Shown here one piece after another: positions 17,636-28,200 of a DNA stretch of 64,000 bases. A model generated the notes under the pieces. It was given only the letters and a program-made list of their open reading frames with translations, was not told the DNA's origin and made no database searches. The stretch covers positions 800,001-864,000 of the forward strand of contig CAWCKY010000001.1 in the NCBI GenBank assembly GCA_963796275.1, in the 5' to 3' direction. Both the position numbers and the translations under genes were made by a program. The stretch's first letter is position 1. Every line of letters starts with the position of its first letter. This DNA is from an uncultured Acidobacteriota bacterium. Its GTDB lineage: Bacteria; Acidobacteriota; Blastocatellia; RBC074.

Positions 17636-20389
17636 ATGAGAGATACACAGACTTATGCCTTGACCGTGAACGGCAGGCAGGTTGAAGTGACCGCGTCTCC
17701 GCAAACCTCTTTGATGGACGTCATTCGCGATCAGCTTCGCTTGACGGGCACGAAGGATGGCTGCGCCACTGGCCATTGCGGAAGCTGCATGGTCATTAAG
17801 GACGGCCAGGCTGTAAGGGCCTGCATTGTACCGATCAAGCGGGCCGATGGCGCTCAAGTGACTACAATCGAAGGCGTATCGTGCCCCGGCAGCGCTCTTC
17901 ACCCCGTTCAGCGGGCATACATAGAGCAGGGGGCAACGCAGTGCGGATTCTGCACGCCGGGTTTTATAATGGCCACCATCGCGCTACTCGAGAAGAATCC
18001 CAATCCGACAATCGACGAGATCTACGGCAGTCACAAGTGGAACATCTGCCGCTGCACCGGGCACAATGCCATCATCCGAGCCATCCAACAGGCTGCCGGT
18101 CAGGCGGTTCCGCGCACACCCCCTGTTAAGCGGCCCCTCAAGGCGATCGGGCATCCTTTCCCGCGCCCCGATGCAGTGGAGAAGGCGACTGGCAGGGGTA
18201 TCTTCGCGGATGACCTCTACGTCGAGGGGATGCTTTACGCGAGGGCGTTGCGTAGCAGATACCCGCATGCTCGCTTGCAAAACGTGGATGTGAGCAAGGC
18301 TAAGAATCACCCCGGCGTCGTCGCCGTGCTCACCGCAGAAGATATTCCGGGGCGCAAGGATTGCGGGGTGCATGAGGTCGATTGGCCGGTGCTCTGTTAC
18401 GACAAAGTGCGTTATGTCGGAGATGCCATCGCTCTGGTGGTGGCGGAATCGGAAGAGGCGCTCGCGCAGGCGATTGAGTTGATTGAGGTTGAATACGATG
18501 TTTTGCCCGTCGTCACCGGGCCGAAAGAGGCCGCTTTTCACGATGCGCCAATCCTGCACGACCACATCGCGCATCGCCCGGCCGGTGAGCATGGAAACTG
18601 TTTGAAACACTATCATCTGGAAAATGGCGATGTGGCCAAAGGTTTCGCCGCCGCCGATGTCATCATCGAGCGCGAGTACAGCACGCAGACGGTCGAACAC
18701 GCATTCATCGAACCGGAAGCCGGGTTGGCCGTTCCGGACCCTACCGGGCGAATCACGGTTTACTGCGGCGGTCAGATACCCTTTGGCGATCGCAGTCAGA
18801 TTGCGGCGACGCTCAACCTGCCTGAAGAGCGAATCAGAGTTATCAATTGTCTGATCGGGGGCGCATTCGGGGGCAAGGAAGACGTGTCGGTGCAGATTCA
18901 CGTCGCGCTCGCCGCCTGGGCGACGAAGCGTCCGGTGAAGATGGTCTTGAGTCGCCAAGAATCTTTGATGGTGCATCCCAAACGACACGCCACAATTATC
19001 AAGATGAAAACGGGGGCCAAGAGAGACGGCAGCATAACGGCGCACGAGGCTGAAATCTGGGGTGACGGCGGCGCCTATGCCAGCCTGAGCGGCCACGTCA
19101 TGCTGCGGGCCACGACACACGCGGCGGGGGCATATGAAGTTACGAATGTGAAGGTGGACACCTTTGCGATGTATACGAATAACGTGCCTGCCGGAGCGTT
19201 TCGCGGGTTCGGAGTAACCCAGAGTGTATTTGCGATGGAAAGCCAGATGGATCAATTGGCCGAGGCGTTGAGCATTTCGCCGCTGGAGATCCGGCGAAAA
19301 AATATTCTCAATTACGGCAAACAGACGTTGGCGGGACAGGTGATGACCGAGAGCTGCGGGCTTTCGGAAGCCCTGGAAGCCATCGCCACGGAGATGGAGA
19401 AACACCCATATATCGCGGTTGAAGGTGATAAAAGGCGCGCCTGGGGAGTGGCGTGTGGTTATAAAAATACCGGATTCGGCAGCGGAGCTTATGATGCTGC
19501 CGGGGCGGAAGTGGAGGTTTTCGGCGACGGGCGGGTCTCCGTGCGCGCGGGCGCGGCCGAGATCGGGCAGGGACTGGTCGGCGTATTGGCGCAGGTGGTC
19601 AGCGAGGAGCTGGGCGTACCTTATGAAAATGTAGATGTCCTGGTCGCTGATACCGATTTAACGCTGGATTGTTCGGCCACGACGGCATCGCGCCAGACGT
19701 ATGTGACGGGCAACGCCGCTCGCTATGCCAGTAGGGAAGTGCGCAGTATGCTCTCTCAGACGGCGGCGGAGATGCTTGGTTCGCCGCCCGACAGCCTTAT
19801 CTTTGCTGAGGGACAAGTGCGAAGTAACGGCCACAGCATTGAATTGACCGAGCTCGTTAAGATGGTTCGACGTGAAGGTCGTCTGCCCAAAATGAGCTAT
19901 CAATATGTGGCTCCGATGTGCGACCCATATCACCACTTCGCTTTTGGCTTCGGCGCACAGGCGGTCATGGTCGAAGTGGACGTGAAAACTGGTCAGACGA
20001 AGGTATTAAAGGTGATAGCGGCCAATGATGTGGGGCGTGTGATCAATCCGTTGGCATTGCAGGGGCAGGTCGAAGGGAGCATTTCAATGGGCTTGGGGAT
20101 GGCCCTTCAGGAGAATTTTGAAATGAAAGATGGATTTGTACTGACGGACACCCTCAACAAATGCCGTCTACCCACGATCGATCAGACGCCGGAGGTGATC
20201 TCATTCTTTGTTGAACACGAGACCAAGGATGGCCCTTATGGGTGCAAAGGCGTAGGGGAACTCGCCTCTATCCCCACTACGCCAGCAATTATCAACGCCA
20301 TCTACAATGCGACAGGTGTCCGGTGCTATGAGCTGCCAGCCGATAAAAAGTGGCTGAAGGCCGCGTTGTCATCAAGTCGGCATTTATGA
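17636..20389 (+). CDS. Molybdenum hydroxylase with fused N-terminal [2Fe-2S] domain (aldehyde oxidoreductase / Se-dependent Xdh architecture)
   Basis: GCATGHCGSC, QCGFCTPG, CRCTG, then GGAFGGK, AFRGFG, KGVGE. Confidence 0.92.
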   Translation: MRDTQTYALTVNGRQVEVTASPQTSLMDVIRDQLRLTGTKDGCATGHCGSCMVIKDGQAVRACIVPIKRADGAQVTTIEGVSCPGSALHPVQRAYIEQGATQCGFCTPGFIMATIALLEKNPNPTIDEIYGSHKWNICRCTGHNAIIRAIQQAAGQAVPRTPPVKRPLKAIGHPFPRPDAVEKATGRGIFADDLYVEGMLYARALRSRYPHARLQNVDVSKAKNHPGVVAVLTAEDIPGRKDCGVHEVDWPVLCYDKVRYVGDAIALVVAESEEALAQAIELIEVEYDVLPVVTGPKEAAFHDAPILHDHIAHRPAGEHGNCLKHYHLENGDVAKGFAAADVIIEREYSTQTVEHAFIEPEAGLAVPDPTGRITVYCGGQIPFGDRSQIAATLNLPEERIRVINCLIGGAFGGKEDVSVQIHVALAAWATKRPVKMVLSRQESLMVHPKRHATIIKMKTGAKRDGSITAHEAEIWGDGGAYASLSGHVMLRATTHAAGAYEVTNVKVDTFAMYTNNVPAGAFRGFGVTQSVFAMESQMDQLAEALSISPLEIRRKNILNYGKQTLAGQVMTESCGLSEALEAIATEMEKHPYIAVEGDKRRAWGVACGYKNTGFGSGAYDAAGAEVEVFGDGRVSVRAGAAEIGQGLVGVLAQVVSEELGVPYENVDVLVADTDLTLDCSATTASRQTYVTGNAARYASREVRSMLSQTAAEMLGSPPDSLIFAEGQVRSNGHSIELTELVKMVRREGRLPKMSYQYVAPMCDPYHHFAFGFGAQAVMVEVDVKTGQTKVLKVIAANDVGRVINPLALQGQVEGSISMGLGMALQENFEMKDGFVLTDTLNKCRLPTIDQTPEVISFFVEHETKDGPYGCKGVGELASIPTTPAIINAIYNATGVRCYELPADKKWLKAALSSSRHL

Positions 20390-20395
20390 TGGAGT

Positions 20396-20700
20396 AGCCG
20401 ATTATAGAGCACAGCATACGCTCCAGAGATTTGAAGCTATTTTACTTATGTGCCGGAGGCGCTACCGAAGTTAGCCGGTGGTAGAACGTCAGCGTAACCG
20501 CCGATACCGGCCACCCAACCTAGCTCGCGGTCACGAAAGGGCGCTGGGAGCAGCCGATTATAGAGCGCAGTGTACGCTCCAGATATTTGAAGCTATTTTT
20601 CTTATGCGCCGGAGGCGCTACGGAAGTTAGCCGGTGGTGGAGCGCAGCGTAACCACCGGTATCGGCCAATATACGCGCGCGCCCTGAAAGGGCGCTGGAA
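20396..20700. repeat. Two tandem copies of a REP-like unit, period 156 bp
   Basis: AGCCGATTATAGAGC at 20396 and 20552; shared TTTGAAGCTATTTT, GCCGGAGGCGCTAC, AAGTTAGCCGGTGGT, GAAAGGGCGCTGG. Confidence 0.85.
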
Positions 20701-20823
20701 CGTTACTGATAATTTGGCAAATTCTTGATTCACACGATAACAGAGACAAAAGGGACTCGCTCACTGGGCGACCGTTATCCTTTTGGCTGTCCCCTTTGTT
20801 AAGGCGTAATACCGAAATCTAAG

Positions 20824-22218
20824 ATGAGCAAAGCCATATTCGGTCCCACATTCGAAGAAATGCTCCATCCGAACTCGGTGGATCCTGTATTCCGCCGGCG
20901 CGCGTTGGAGGCATCGTCAGAAGCTCCGCTCGATCCAATCAATCTGTATAACATCACCTGGCGCGGATCAAACGACGAGATCAAGTATGAAGTGCTGCCT
21001 GAAGAACTGACCGGGGTCGATGCCGCGATCGTGGTTTTGTATGGGCGTGATTTTCCCACCGGTTCGCACAAGGTAGGCGCGGCCTATTCGGTATTGGCCG
21101 AAGCTTTACTCTTCGGTGAAGTTGATATCGAGAAGAATACGGTTGTCTGGCCGAGCACCGGAAATTATGGGATCGGGGGCGCCTGGGTCGGTGGACGCGT
21201 GGGCGCTCATTCGATAGTTGTGCTTCCCGAAGGGATGAGCCGCGAGCGTTTTGAACGTATAGAAAATTATGGCGCACAGGTGATCAAAACTCCCGGCACC
21301 GAATCGAATGTCAAAGAGATATATGACAAGACATGGGAATTGCGCCGCGAGCCTGGCATACGCGTGCTCAACCAGTTCGAGGAGTTGGGCAATTACCGGT
21401 TCCACTATCATGTGACGGGCAACACTATCGTTGAACTCGCCGTTGATCTCGAAGAGCGGGGCATCGGTAATGGGACAATCGCGGCATTCTGTTCCGCCAT
21501 GGGCAGCGGGGGGACGATAGCGGCTGGCGACAGACTCAAGCAGGTCTGGCCCGATCTACGCATTATCGGTCTGGAGCCGATCCAATGCCCGACGCTCTTC
21601 AACAACGGCTATGGCGCGCACGATATCCAGGGGATCGGCGACAAACATGTGACGTGGATTCACAACGTCCTGAACACCGACGCGATTATGTGCATCGATG
21701 ACCTCGAGTGTAAGAAAGGCTTGCAATTGTTGACGAGCGATCATGGTCGTGAGGCGCTCACACGTCGTTATGGAATCGCGGAAGCCAAGGCGCGACAGCT
21801 TGCCACGATCTTCGGCATTTCGGGAATATGCAATGTGCTGGGCGCGATCAAGACAGCGAAGCATTATCGATTGGGCAAGCGCGACATAATCGTCACAGTA
21901 TGCACGGACGCAATCGACCGTTATCGCTCAGTGATGCAGGAGATGTCGGAAGCTTACGGCGAGATCGACGAGGCACGCGCAATGACTTACGCGGAAGCGA
22001 TATTTCATGGGGTTAAGACGGATTGGGTGAAGGAAGGGACTCAGGAAATGCGCAGACAGTGGCATAACTTGAAATACTTTACCTGGGTCGAACAGCAGGG
22101 TAAGACTGTGGAAGCGTTGAAAGAGCAGCGAGATCCCGATTGGTGGATCGGGCAACAGCGGTTGATTCCAGAGATCGATGCGCGCATCAAGGCTGCCCGG
22201 GTGAAGATAGAAGTTTGA
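20824..22218 (+). CDS. Fold-type II PLP enzyme (cysteine synthase / Trp synthase beta superfamily)
   Basis: PTGSHKVG, PSTGNYG, GSGGT, IQGIG. Confidence 0.88.
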   Translation: MSKAIFGPTFEEMLHPNSVDPVFRRRALEASSEAPLDPINLYNITWRGSNDEIKYEVLPEELTGVDAAIVVLYGRDFPTGSHKVGAAYSVLAEALLFGEVDIEKNTVVWPSTGNYGIGGAWVGGRVGAHSIVVLPEGMSRERFERIENYGAQVIKTPGTESNVKEIYDKTWELRREPGIRVLNQFEELGNYRFHYHVTGNTIVELAVDLEERGIGNGTIAAFCSAMGSGGTIAAGDRLKQVWPDLRIIGLEPIQCPTLFNNGYGAHDIQGIGDKHVTWIHNVLNTDAIMCIDDLECKKGLQLLTSDHGREALTRRYGIAEAKARQLATIFGISGICNVLGAIKTAKHYRLGKRDIIVTVCTDAIDRYRSVMQEMSEAYGEIDEARAMTYAEAIFHGVKTDWVKEGTQEMRRQWHNLKYFTWVEQQGKTVEALKEQRDPDWWIGQQRLIPEIDARIKAARVKIEV

Positions 22219-22298
22219 GATAAAACAAAAAGACGAAAAGGAATAGCAAGCCGGGAGTTATCGTCGGGTTCCTACTATTCTGTTCCCCTGGTAAGTAG

Positions 22299-23532
22299 AT
22301 GAGTAATCTAACCGGATTCAGTTGTCTCGAATGCGCGCGCCTATTCAGTGTAAGCGAGATTGAGTACGTCTGTCCGGAGTGTGGAGGTAATCTCGATGCG
22401 CGTTACGATTATATTCGCGCCAGCTAAAAAATTAACTAAGGCAATTCTCGCCTCCGATCGCAATTACACAATATGGCGCTATCGCCCGCTTCTTCCCATT
22501 GAAGATTCATCGCCAGTGCCGCCGCTTTCAGTAGGATGTACGCCGGTCTACGATTGCCCGCGGCTCGCCTCCAAATATGGAGTCAAACAACTGCTCATCA
22601 AAGATGACGGGCGAAATCCGACAGCCTCGTTCAAAGACCGGCCCAGCGCTCTGGCCGTCGTCAAAGCCGGAGAAGCGGGAGCGCGAGTTATAACCACCGC
22701 TTCATCCGGCAATGCCGGAAGCGCCCTGGCCGGGATATGCGCGAGCGTGGGGATGGAATCGGTAATCTTCGTCCCCGCTAGCGCTCCTCCCGCTAAGATA
22801 GCGCAATTGCAAATATATGGCGCGCGAGTCGTGTTGGTCGAGGGCAGCTACGATGAGGCATTCGATCTCTGCCTGGCCGCGGGGCGCCGATACGGATGGT
22901 ACCAGCGCAGCACGGGATACAATCCATATACGGTCGAGGGCAAGAAGACGGCCGCGTTGGAGATCGGCGAGCAGTTGAATTGGAACATTCCCGATAAGGT
23001 ATTGGTCGGGGTAGGCGACGGCAACATTATTGGGGGAATGTGGAAAGGCTTCAATGATCTTCATCGGTTGGGTTTTATCGAACGGTTGCCGCAGATGATC
23101 GGTGTCCAGGCTGAAGGCTCCTCGGGCATAGTCGATGCCGTCAATGGAGATGGGATTGTACGCGTGGGGGCCGCTCACACTATTGCCGATAGCATTAGCG
23201 TCGGCAATCCGCGCGATGCTACCCGCGCGATACGCGCTATGAAAGAGTCGGGCGGATGCGGCGTCAAGGTCAGCGATGACCTGATTATCGCAGCTATTAG
23301 TCAGCTGGCTCGTTCGACGGGAGTCTTCGTCGAGCCGGCTGGCGCCGCCCCACTCGCGGGTTTCTTGATGCTATGCGAGCGCAACGCGGTTAAATCCGAC
23401 GAGCGCGTCCTCCTGATGCTGACAGGCAATGGGTTGAAGGATGTTGATGCCGCGCGCCGATCGATTGGTGAACCTTTGCGGGTTAAGCCTGATGAGCTAG
23501 ATATGGATTCTTTGAACTTAGCGATTAACTAA
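22299..23532 (+). CDS. thrC: Threonine synthase-like PLP enzyme; frameshift near 22420
   Basis: N-terminal CLEC..CPECGG zinc ribbon in upstream frame; NPTASFKDR, ASSGNAG, EGKKT, TGNGLKD. Confidence 0.85.
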
Positions 23533-23608
23533 TTAACAGATAATGGTCGCCAGGTAAATCCGGTTGCGAAAATGTGGCGGGATTTCAGAGGTCGCGTTCA
23601 AATGCGGA

Positions 23609-23658
23609 CACGGGGACCACGGGAAGATTGAGGTATAAGTCCCCCGTTGCTCCCCGTG
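23609..23658. terminator. Hairpin between convergent genes
   Basis: CACGGGGA...TCCCCGTG inverted repeat. Confidence 0.4.
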
Positions 23659-23683
23659 GTCAAATTCATGTCTCTTTAATTCT

Positions 23684-24550
23684 TTATGTTCTACCTATTG
23701 AGAGGTAATTTAGCGGATTGACGGGCCGGTCGTGCAGGCGAACTTCGTAGTGGCAATGAGGCGCCGTAGAGCGGCCAGTGCTGCCGACGGTGCCTATTAT
23801 CGTTCCGCGGCCGACGTGCTGGCCGGCTGCCACACCGATCTGCAGCATATGTCCGTAACGTGTCGTGATCCCGTAGCCGTGATCGATGACGACGACATTA
23901 CCATAACCGCTGTAAACACCTGCGAAAATTACAACTCCATCAGCTGTCGCTTCAATCGCCGCCCCTGGATTGGATGCGATATCCAGGCCGGAGTGCATCT
24001 CCGTACCACGCCCTCCGAATGGGTTCCGCCGCATCCCATAACCGTCAGTTATATATCCGCGGACTGGCCATCCACGAGGCGTCGATGAAAGTTTGAGCTG
24101 GTTCTTATCAAAAACCGCCTTGATCTGTCTCAGTTCCGATTCGAGGGCTGCAGTCGCTTGTTCGATTTCGCCAAGATCTGCGTCTTTAACCGGGCCTCCC
24201 CGTCCAATGTTTCTTCCGAGATCGGATTGGCGGCTGATGCCTGAAGATGCAGCAAGTTTTCGCTGGGTCGAATCGAGCGCCGCCAGACGGCTGAGCAGCA
24301 TTTCCTTTTTGTTGTTGACCTCCTGATTCTCTTCTTTGAGGAGCCGATTTTCCTGCTCCAGGATGTTGAGTTTCGCCATCACGATGGCTTGTTGTGCCAG
24401 TTTGTAGGCGCCGAATACGACGGTTAGGAGACCTACAACCGCAAACCCGAGTATTGTGTAAAGGATTTTGTGAGGTATGTTGAATTTGCGAAGGGGTGAT
24501 TTCGCTGTCGGTGCAAATACAAACGTGTAGAACCGTTTTTCATCATTCAT
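23684..24550 (-). CDS. M23-family peptidase with TM anchor and coiled coil
   Basis: HSGLDI, YGNVVVIDH, TRYGH, STAPHCHYEV; AAGGAG RBS. Confidence 0.92.
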   Translation of the reverse strand: MNDEKRFYTFVFAPTAKSPLRKFNIPHKILYTILGFAVVGLLTVVFGAYKLAQQAIVMAKLNILEQENRLLKEENQEVNNKKEMLLSRLAALDSTQRKLAASSGISRQSDLGRNIGRGGPVKDADLGEIEQATAALESELRQIKAVFDKNQLKLSSTPRGWPVRGYITDGYGMRRNPFGGRGTEMHSGLDIASNPGAAIEATADGVVIFAGVYSGYGNVVVIDHGYGITTRYGHMLQIGVAAGQHVGRGTIIGTVGSTGRSTAPHCHYEVRLHDRPVNPLNYLSIGRT

Positions 24551-25052
24551 TTTATCTCCTTCAATCACCTCAGCCAAACACCATGGTGTTAGGGAGTATG
24601 GAGAAGCCACACTGTAATCGGGGGCATTCATTTTCAGCGGGCTGGGAGTGGGTAACGAGCACCACTGAAAGCGTCGTCTATTGGAAAATCTGGAAAATAT
24701 TCCGGCGACAAAGTGGTGTAAACTGCCGTGGAGGCTAACATATGTCTGCCGCCGATTCAATAGACCTATATCCCGAAATCGGACTTCTCACCAAAAAATA
24801 TCAGATTTAATTACTTGATAAAGTATTCTTGGCTTGTGGGCGATATTGCGGGGCCGTTTATCGACATTATGTAATGTCGATCTCAACTATAGGTGCATTA
24901 ATCCGGATTTTGTCACGCGAAGCCCCGTGGCAAAAATCCGTTTTTTCATTAGATCGCGAGCTTTTCAGGACGCAAGGCTTTTGCTACACTGAACATATTG
25001 GTCAAGCGGTGAGAATATGCGGACTGGCCCCTACAATCGAGGAATCGCCTTT

Positions 25053-26306
25053 ATGAACAAAATATTGAGAATAGTTATGGTTTCCGTCATTGCACTGACT
25101 GTCGCAATAACCTGCAGCAATCTGCTGGTAGACGACCAGGCATTCGGGCAAGCCGGCCGTAAATCCTCCGACAAGAAGAAAAAGAATCCGAGTTCGAGCG
25201 GGGATCCTGAAGAACAGCGCAAGGAACAGGAGAGGCAAGAGGAGAAGAAGGTCGATAAAACCATCGATCCTTCGAGTATCAGCATCGGCACCGATGTGGT
25301 CAACGTCGAAGCGGTCGTCTTCAATAAAAAGACGGGCGGAATTTTTCAGGGCCTGAAGAAAGAGAATTTCGAGATATACGAGGACGGCATCAAACAGGAG
25401 ATCGAAAATTTCGCTACGCCTGATGCTCCCGTCACGATGGTTCTTGTTCTGGAATACAGCAAACTGGTCGATCTCCTCGGCAGCGCAACGGGCGGATATT
25501 TTGAAGCGGGCCGCGTCGAGATACTCCGTCCGGCTTATGAATTCGTCAGCCGCTTCGTACAGCCCAAGGATTTCATCTCGATGGTCGCCTATGATATTCG
25601 GCCGACGCCGATCGTGGATTTTACCGACGACCGCAACAAGTTGATGCAGGCCATCAACCTGCTGCTCCGCAATAATCCGGCCTTCAGCGAGAGCAACCTC
25701 TTCGACACCATGCAATTCGTCCTGCGCGGCGGCGTCGGCGATAACGTTGTGCTCGAGGAGAACAAGGACAAGGACGCTAAGTCAGATAAGACGGATTATG
25801 CCGGTCTGTACGAGATAAATGCCCGCACGGCGATGTTATTGATATCCTCGGGGATTGACACATTCAGCAAGATAAATTACGACCAGGCTCGCAAGATCGT
25901 GGAGAACTCGGGCGTCCCGATCTACGTCATAGGGACCGGCAATCTTTTCCTGAAGAAATATGACCAGTACCTCGATCCCGGACGCGGACTGGAGATGTAC
26001 GGTATCCCCGACCGGATGACGCTGCTTCAGGCGCAGAACACGCTCAAGACATTCTCCGATTCGACCGGCGGCCGATACTTTCCGGTCACATTCCCCGGCG
26101 AGATCCCGAGCGTTCTGCAATCGATCTCCGCGCTCGTGCGCAACCAGTACAGTCTCGGCTATACGCCGACAAATTCGAGACAAGAAGGCAAACGGCGCAA
26201 GATTCAGGTCAAGGTCAACCTCGGCGATGTGGTGGATCCCAAGCTGGTAGTAATCCAGCATCGACAGAGTTATATCGAGGCGGGTGGCAAGAACAAGAAG
26301 AAATAA
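25053..26306 (+). CDS. VWA-domain protein (acidobacterial VWFA type)
   Basis: Signal peptide; GLKKENFEIYEDG, TGGRYF, QYSLGYTP. Confidence 0.88.
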   Translation: MNKILRIVMVSVIALTVAITCSNLLVDDQAFGQAGRKSSDKKKKNPSSSGDPEEQRKEQERQEEKKVDKTIDPSSISIGTDVVNVEAVVFNKKTGGIFQGLKKENFEIYEDGIKQEIENFATPDAPVTMVLVLEYSKLVDLLGSATGGYFEAGRVEILRPAYEFVSRFVQPKDFISMVAYDIRPTPIVDFTDDRNKLMQAINLLLRNNPAFSESNLFDTMQFVLRGGVGDNVVLEENKDKDAKSDKTDYAGLYEINARTAMLLISSGIDTFSKINYDQARKIVENSGVPIYVIGTGNLFLKKYDQYLDPGRGLEMYGIPDRMTLLQAQNTLKTFSDSTGGRYFPVTFPGEIPSVLQSISALVRNQYSLGYTPTNSRQEGKRRKIQVKVNLGDVVDPKLVVIQHRQSYIEAGGKNKKK

Positions 26307-27023
26307 ATGGGACTGAGCGAGCGGCTTGCATTTATCAATCAACAGATTGCTTCAGCCTGTGAGCGTGCCGGTCGTTCCGTCTCGGAAGTAACCTTGGTGG
26401 GGGCCAGCAAGACGGTCGCCTCTTCTCTGATCAGGCTCGCCATCGATGCGGGCCTGAGCGTGCTTGGTGAAAACCGTGTACAGGAGGCCGCTCCGAAAAT
26501 CGTCGAACTTCGTAATGCCATCTCTCAAAATCAAGTCCAATGGCATCTAATCGGTCATCTGCAATCGAATAAGGCGCGTCGCGCGGTTGAGCTCTTTGAC
26601 GCGATTCAGAGCATTGACAGTCTCAAGCTGGCGGAGCGGATAGATGACATATCCGGCGAGTTGGGAAAACGTTTACCGATTATGATCGAGGTCAACCTGG
26701 GCAGCGAATTATCGAAAGCGGGAGTCGTTAGTGGAGACGCTCTCTCGTTATGCGAACGAGCGGGTAAACTGGGTAATCTTGAGCTGATAGGTTTAATGGC
26801 CGTCCCGCCGCTCCTGGAAGACCCTCAAGAAATGAGGCCATACTTTCGCCGCCTGCGCGAATTACGCGACGAGGCGATCCGCGTCGGGATTGTCGATCGG
26901 CAATTCAGAGAACTATCGATGGGTATGAGCAAGGACTTCCAAGTCGCGATTGAAGAAGGCGCCACATACATCCGCGTCGGCACGGCCATCTTCGGTCCGC
27001 GCGTTGCTAAAATTGACAGCTAA
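26307..27023 (+). CDS. yggS: PLP homeostasis protein YggS
   Basis: GENRVQE, WHLIGHLQSNK, LSMGMS, RVGTAIFG. Confidence 0.95.
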   Translation: MGLSERLAFINQQIASACERAGRSVSEVTLVGASKTVASSLIRLAIDAGLSVLGENRVQEAAPKIVELRNAISQNQVQWHLIGHLQSNKARRAVELFDAIQSIDSLKLAERIDDISGELGKRLPIMIEVNLGSELSKAGVVSGDALSLCERAGKLGNLELIGLMAVPPLLEDPQEMRPYFRRLRELRDEAIRVGIVDRQFRELSMGMSKDFQVAIEEGATYIRVGTAIFGPRVAKIDS

Positions 27024-27030
27024 TGAGGTC

Positions 27031-27129
27031 AAAAAGAGAGATACGAAATAAGAGAAAATAAGAGACGGTCGAAAAATTGACATTATTTTTGCCTGTTTCG
27101 TTTTTTCGCTTATTCGTACTCTCTCTTTT
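27031..27129. repeat. Imperfect palindrome of short purine-rich repeats
   Basis: AAAAGAGAGATACGAA...TTCGTACTCTCTCTTTT; related to 48581-48672. Confidence 0.55.
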
Positions 27130-27140
27130 ATTTGAGTATT

Positions 27141-27785
27141 ATGACAATTCTTCTCACTTTACAAATTGGCAGACTGATCTTTTCGGCGGTCGAAATAATG
27201 CGTGAGATAGTTCAGCTTGTCATCGGCATTACCATCGGTCTGGTGATCGCTCTGCTGCTCATTCGACTCTTGACCGACGTATTTAAGCTCAGTCCGTTTG
27301 GGAGGATCTATCAAAATGTCCGCCGTCCTACGGACGAACTTTATCAGAAGATGCGTACTTCGCAATTATACTATCCCTTAAGGAGATCATTCGGTTTTGA
27401 TCCCACCGTAATAATGATACTCATTGCGCTGGCGATCTCATGGTATGTCATTTACATTATCAGTAATTACCTATTTCAGATATTGACCACCCTGGGGATC
27501 AGCTTGATCTCGTTCGGCAACGGCGAAATTTTGGGTGGGGCTCGCATCCTGATCGGCGCCTCGTTGTTAGCGGTAATCTTCTTTCTCATGACGTTGATGA
27601 CGATCGTTTTCGTTAACTGGATTTTCGGATTGATGAGGCGAGCGGCCTTCTGGTCTATGGAACGACTGAGGCCGCTGCTGAAGATATTCGAGTTCGGCGG
27701 AATGCTCGCAGGGTTTTCATTTATCATCCTCTGGCTCGCTCTTATTTTTGCGGCAACTGCCGTAGAAGCTATTTTCTTGCCGTAG
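27141..27785 (+). CDS. YggT-like membrane protein
   Basis: Multi-TM, RPTD / FDPT YGGT-like motif; position between yggS and DUF167. Confidence 0.7.
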   Translation: MTILLTLQIGRLIFSAVEIMREIVQLVIGITIGLVIALLLIRLLTDVFKLSPFGRIYQNVRRPTDELYQKMRTSQLYYPLRRSFGFDPTVIMILIALAISWYVIYIISNYLFQILTTLGISLISFGNGEILGGARILIGASLLAVIFFLMTLMTIVFVNWIFGLMRRAAFWSMERLRPLLKIFEFGGMLAGFSFIILWLALIFAATAVEAIFLP

Positions 27786-27818
27786 AAGCCGACACTTCTA
27801 TTTCATCGTCGGAATCAC

Positions 27819-28118
27819 GTGATCAAGTTAACAACGACACATTACGGAGTGACTTTTTCTGTCCGAGTTCAAGCGCGTGCATCACGCAGTTGCATCGCCG
27901 GAGAGATTGATGGGGCGCTGCGAATCCGCATCGCCGCGCCGCCGGTTGATGGCGAGGCGAATGAGGAGCTTGTTCGCTTCCTGGCCAGGCATCTGGATAT
28001 CACCCGCGATCAAGTCGAAATCGTCTCGGGTCAGAGGTCGAAGAATAAGGTGGTACGTGTGAAAGGAATTTCGGCTGAATTATGCGAGAAGAAAATATTA
28101 GATGGTCAGTTGGCCTGA
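27819..28118 (+). CDS. DUF167/YggU family protein
   Basis: [20 protein letters not shown]. Confidence 0.92.
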   Translation: MIKLTTTHYGVTFSVRVQARASRSCIAGEIDGALRIRIAAPPVDGEANEELVRFLARHLDITRDQVEIVSGQRSKNKVVRVKGISAELCEKKILDGQLA

Positions 28119-28200
28119 TGGGATCCACCCTGGACTATCACAACTTTCAACTACTCCCTGAAAACTCTTAACTATCAGCTCAACTCTCAACAACTTCCTA

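Noticed and set aside
17984-19405. 473-aa antisense ORF and similar long shadow ORFs (e.g. 43009-43806, 63165-63968)
   Set aside because: Reverse-frame artefacts of well-supported genes on the opposite strand
20396-20700. CRISPR array
   Set aside because: Two 156-bp units, no repeat-spacer pattern, no cas genes
24551-24830. Cyclic dinucleotide riboswitch upstream of the M23 peptidase
   Set aside because: No c-di-GMP or c-di-AMP consensus elements found
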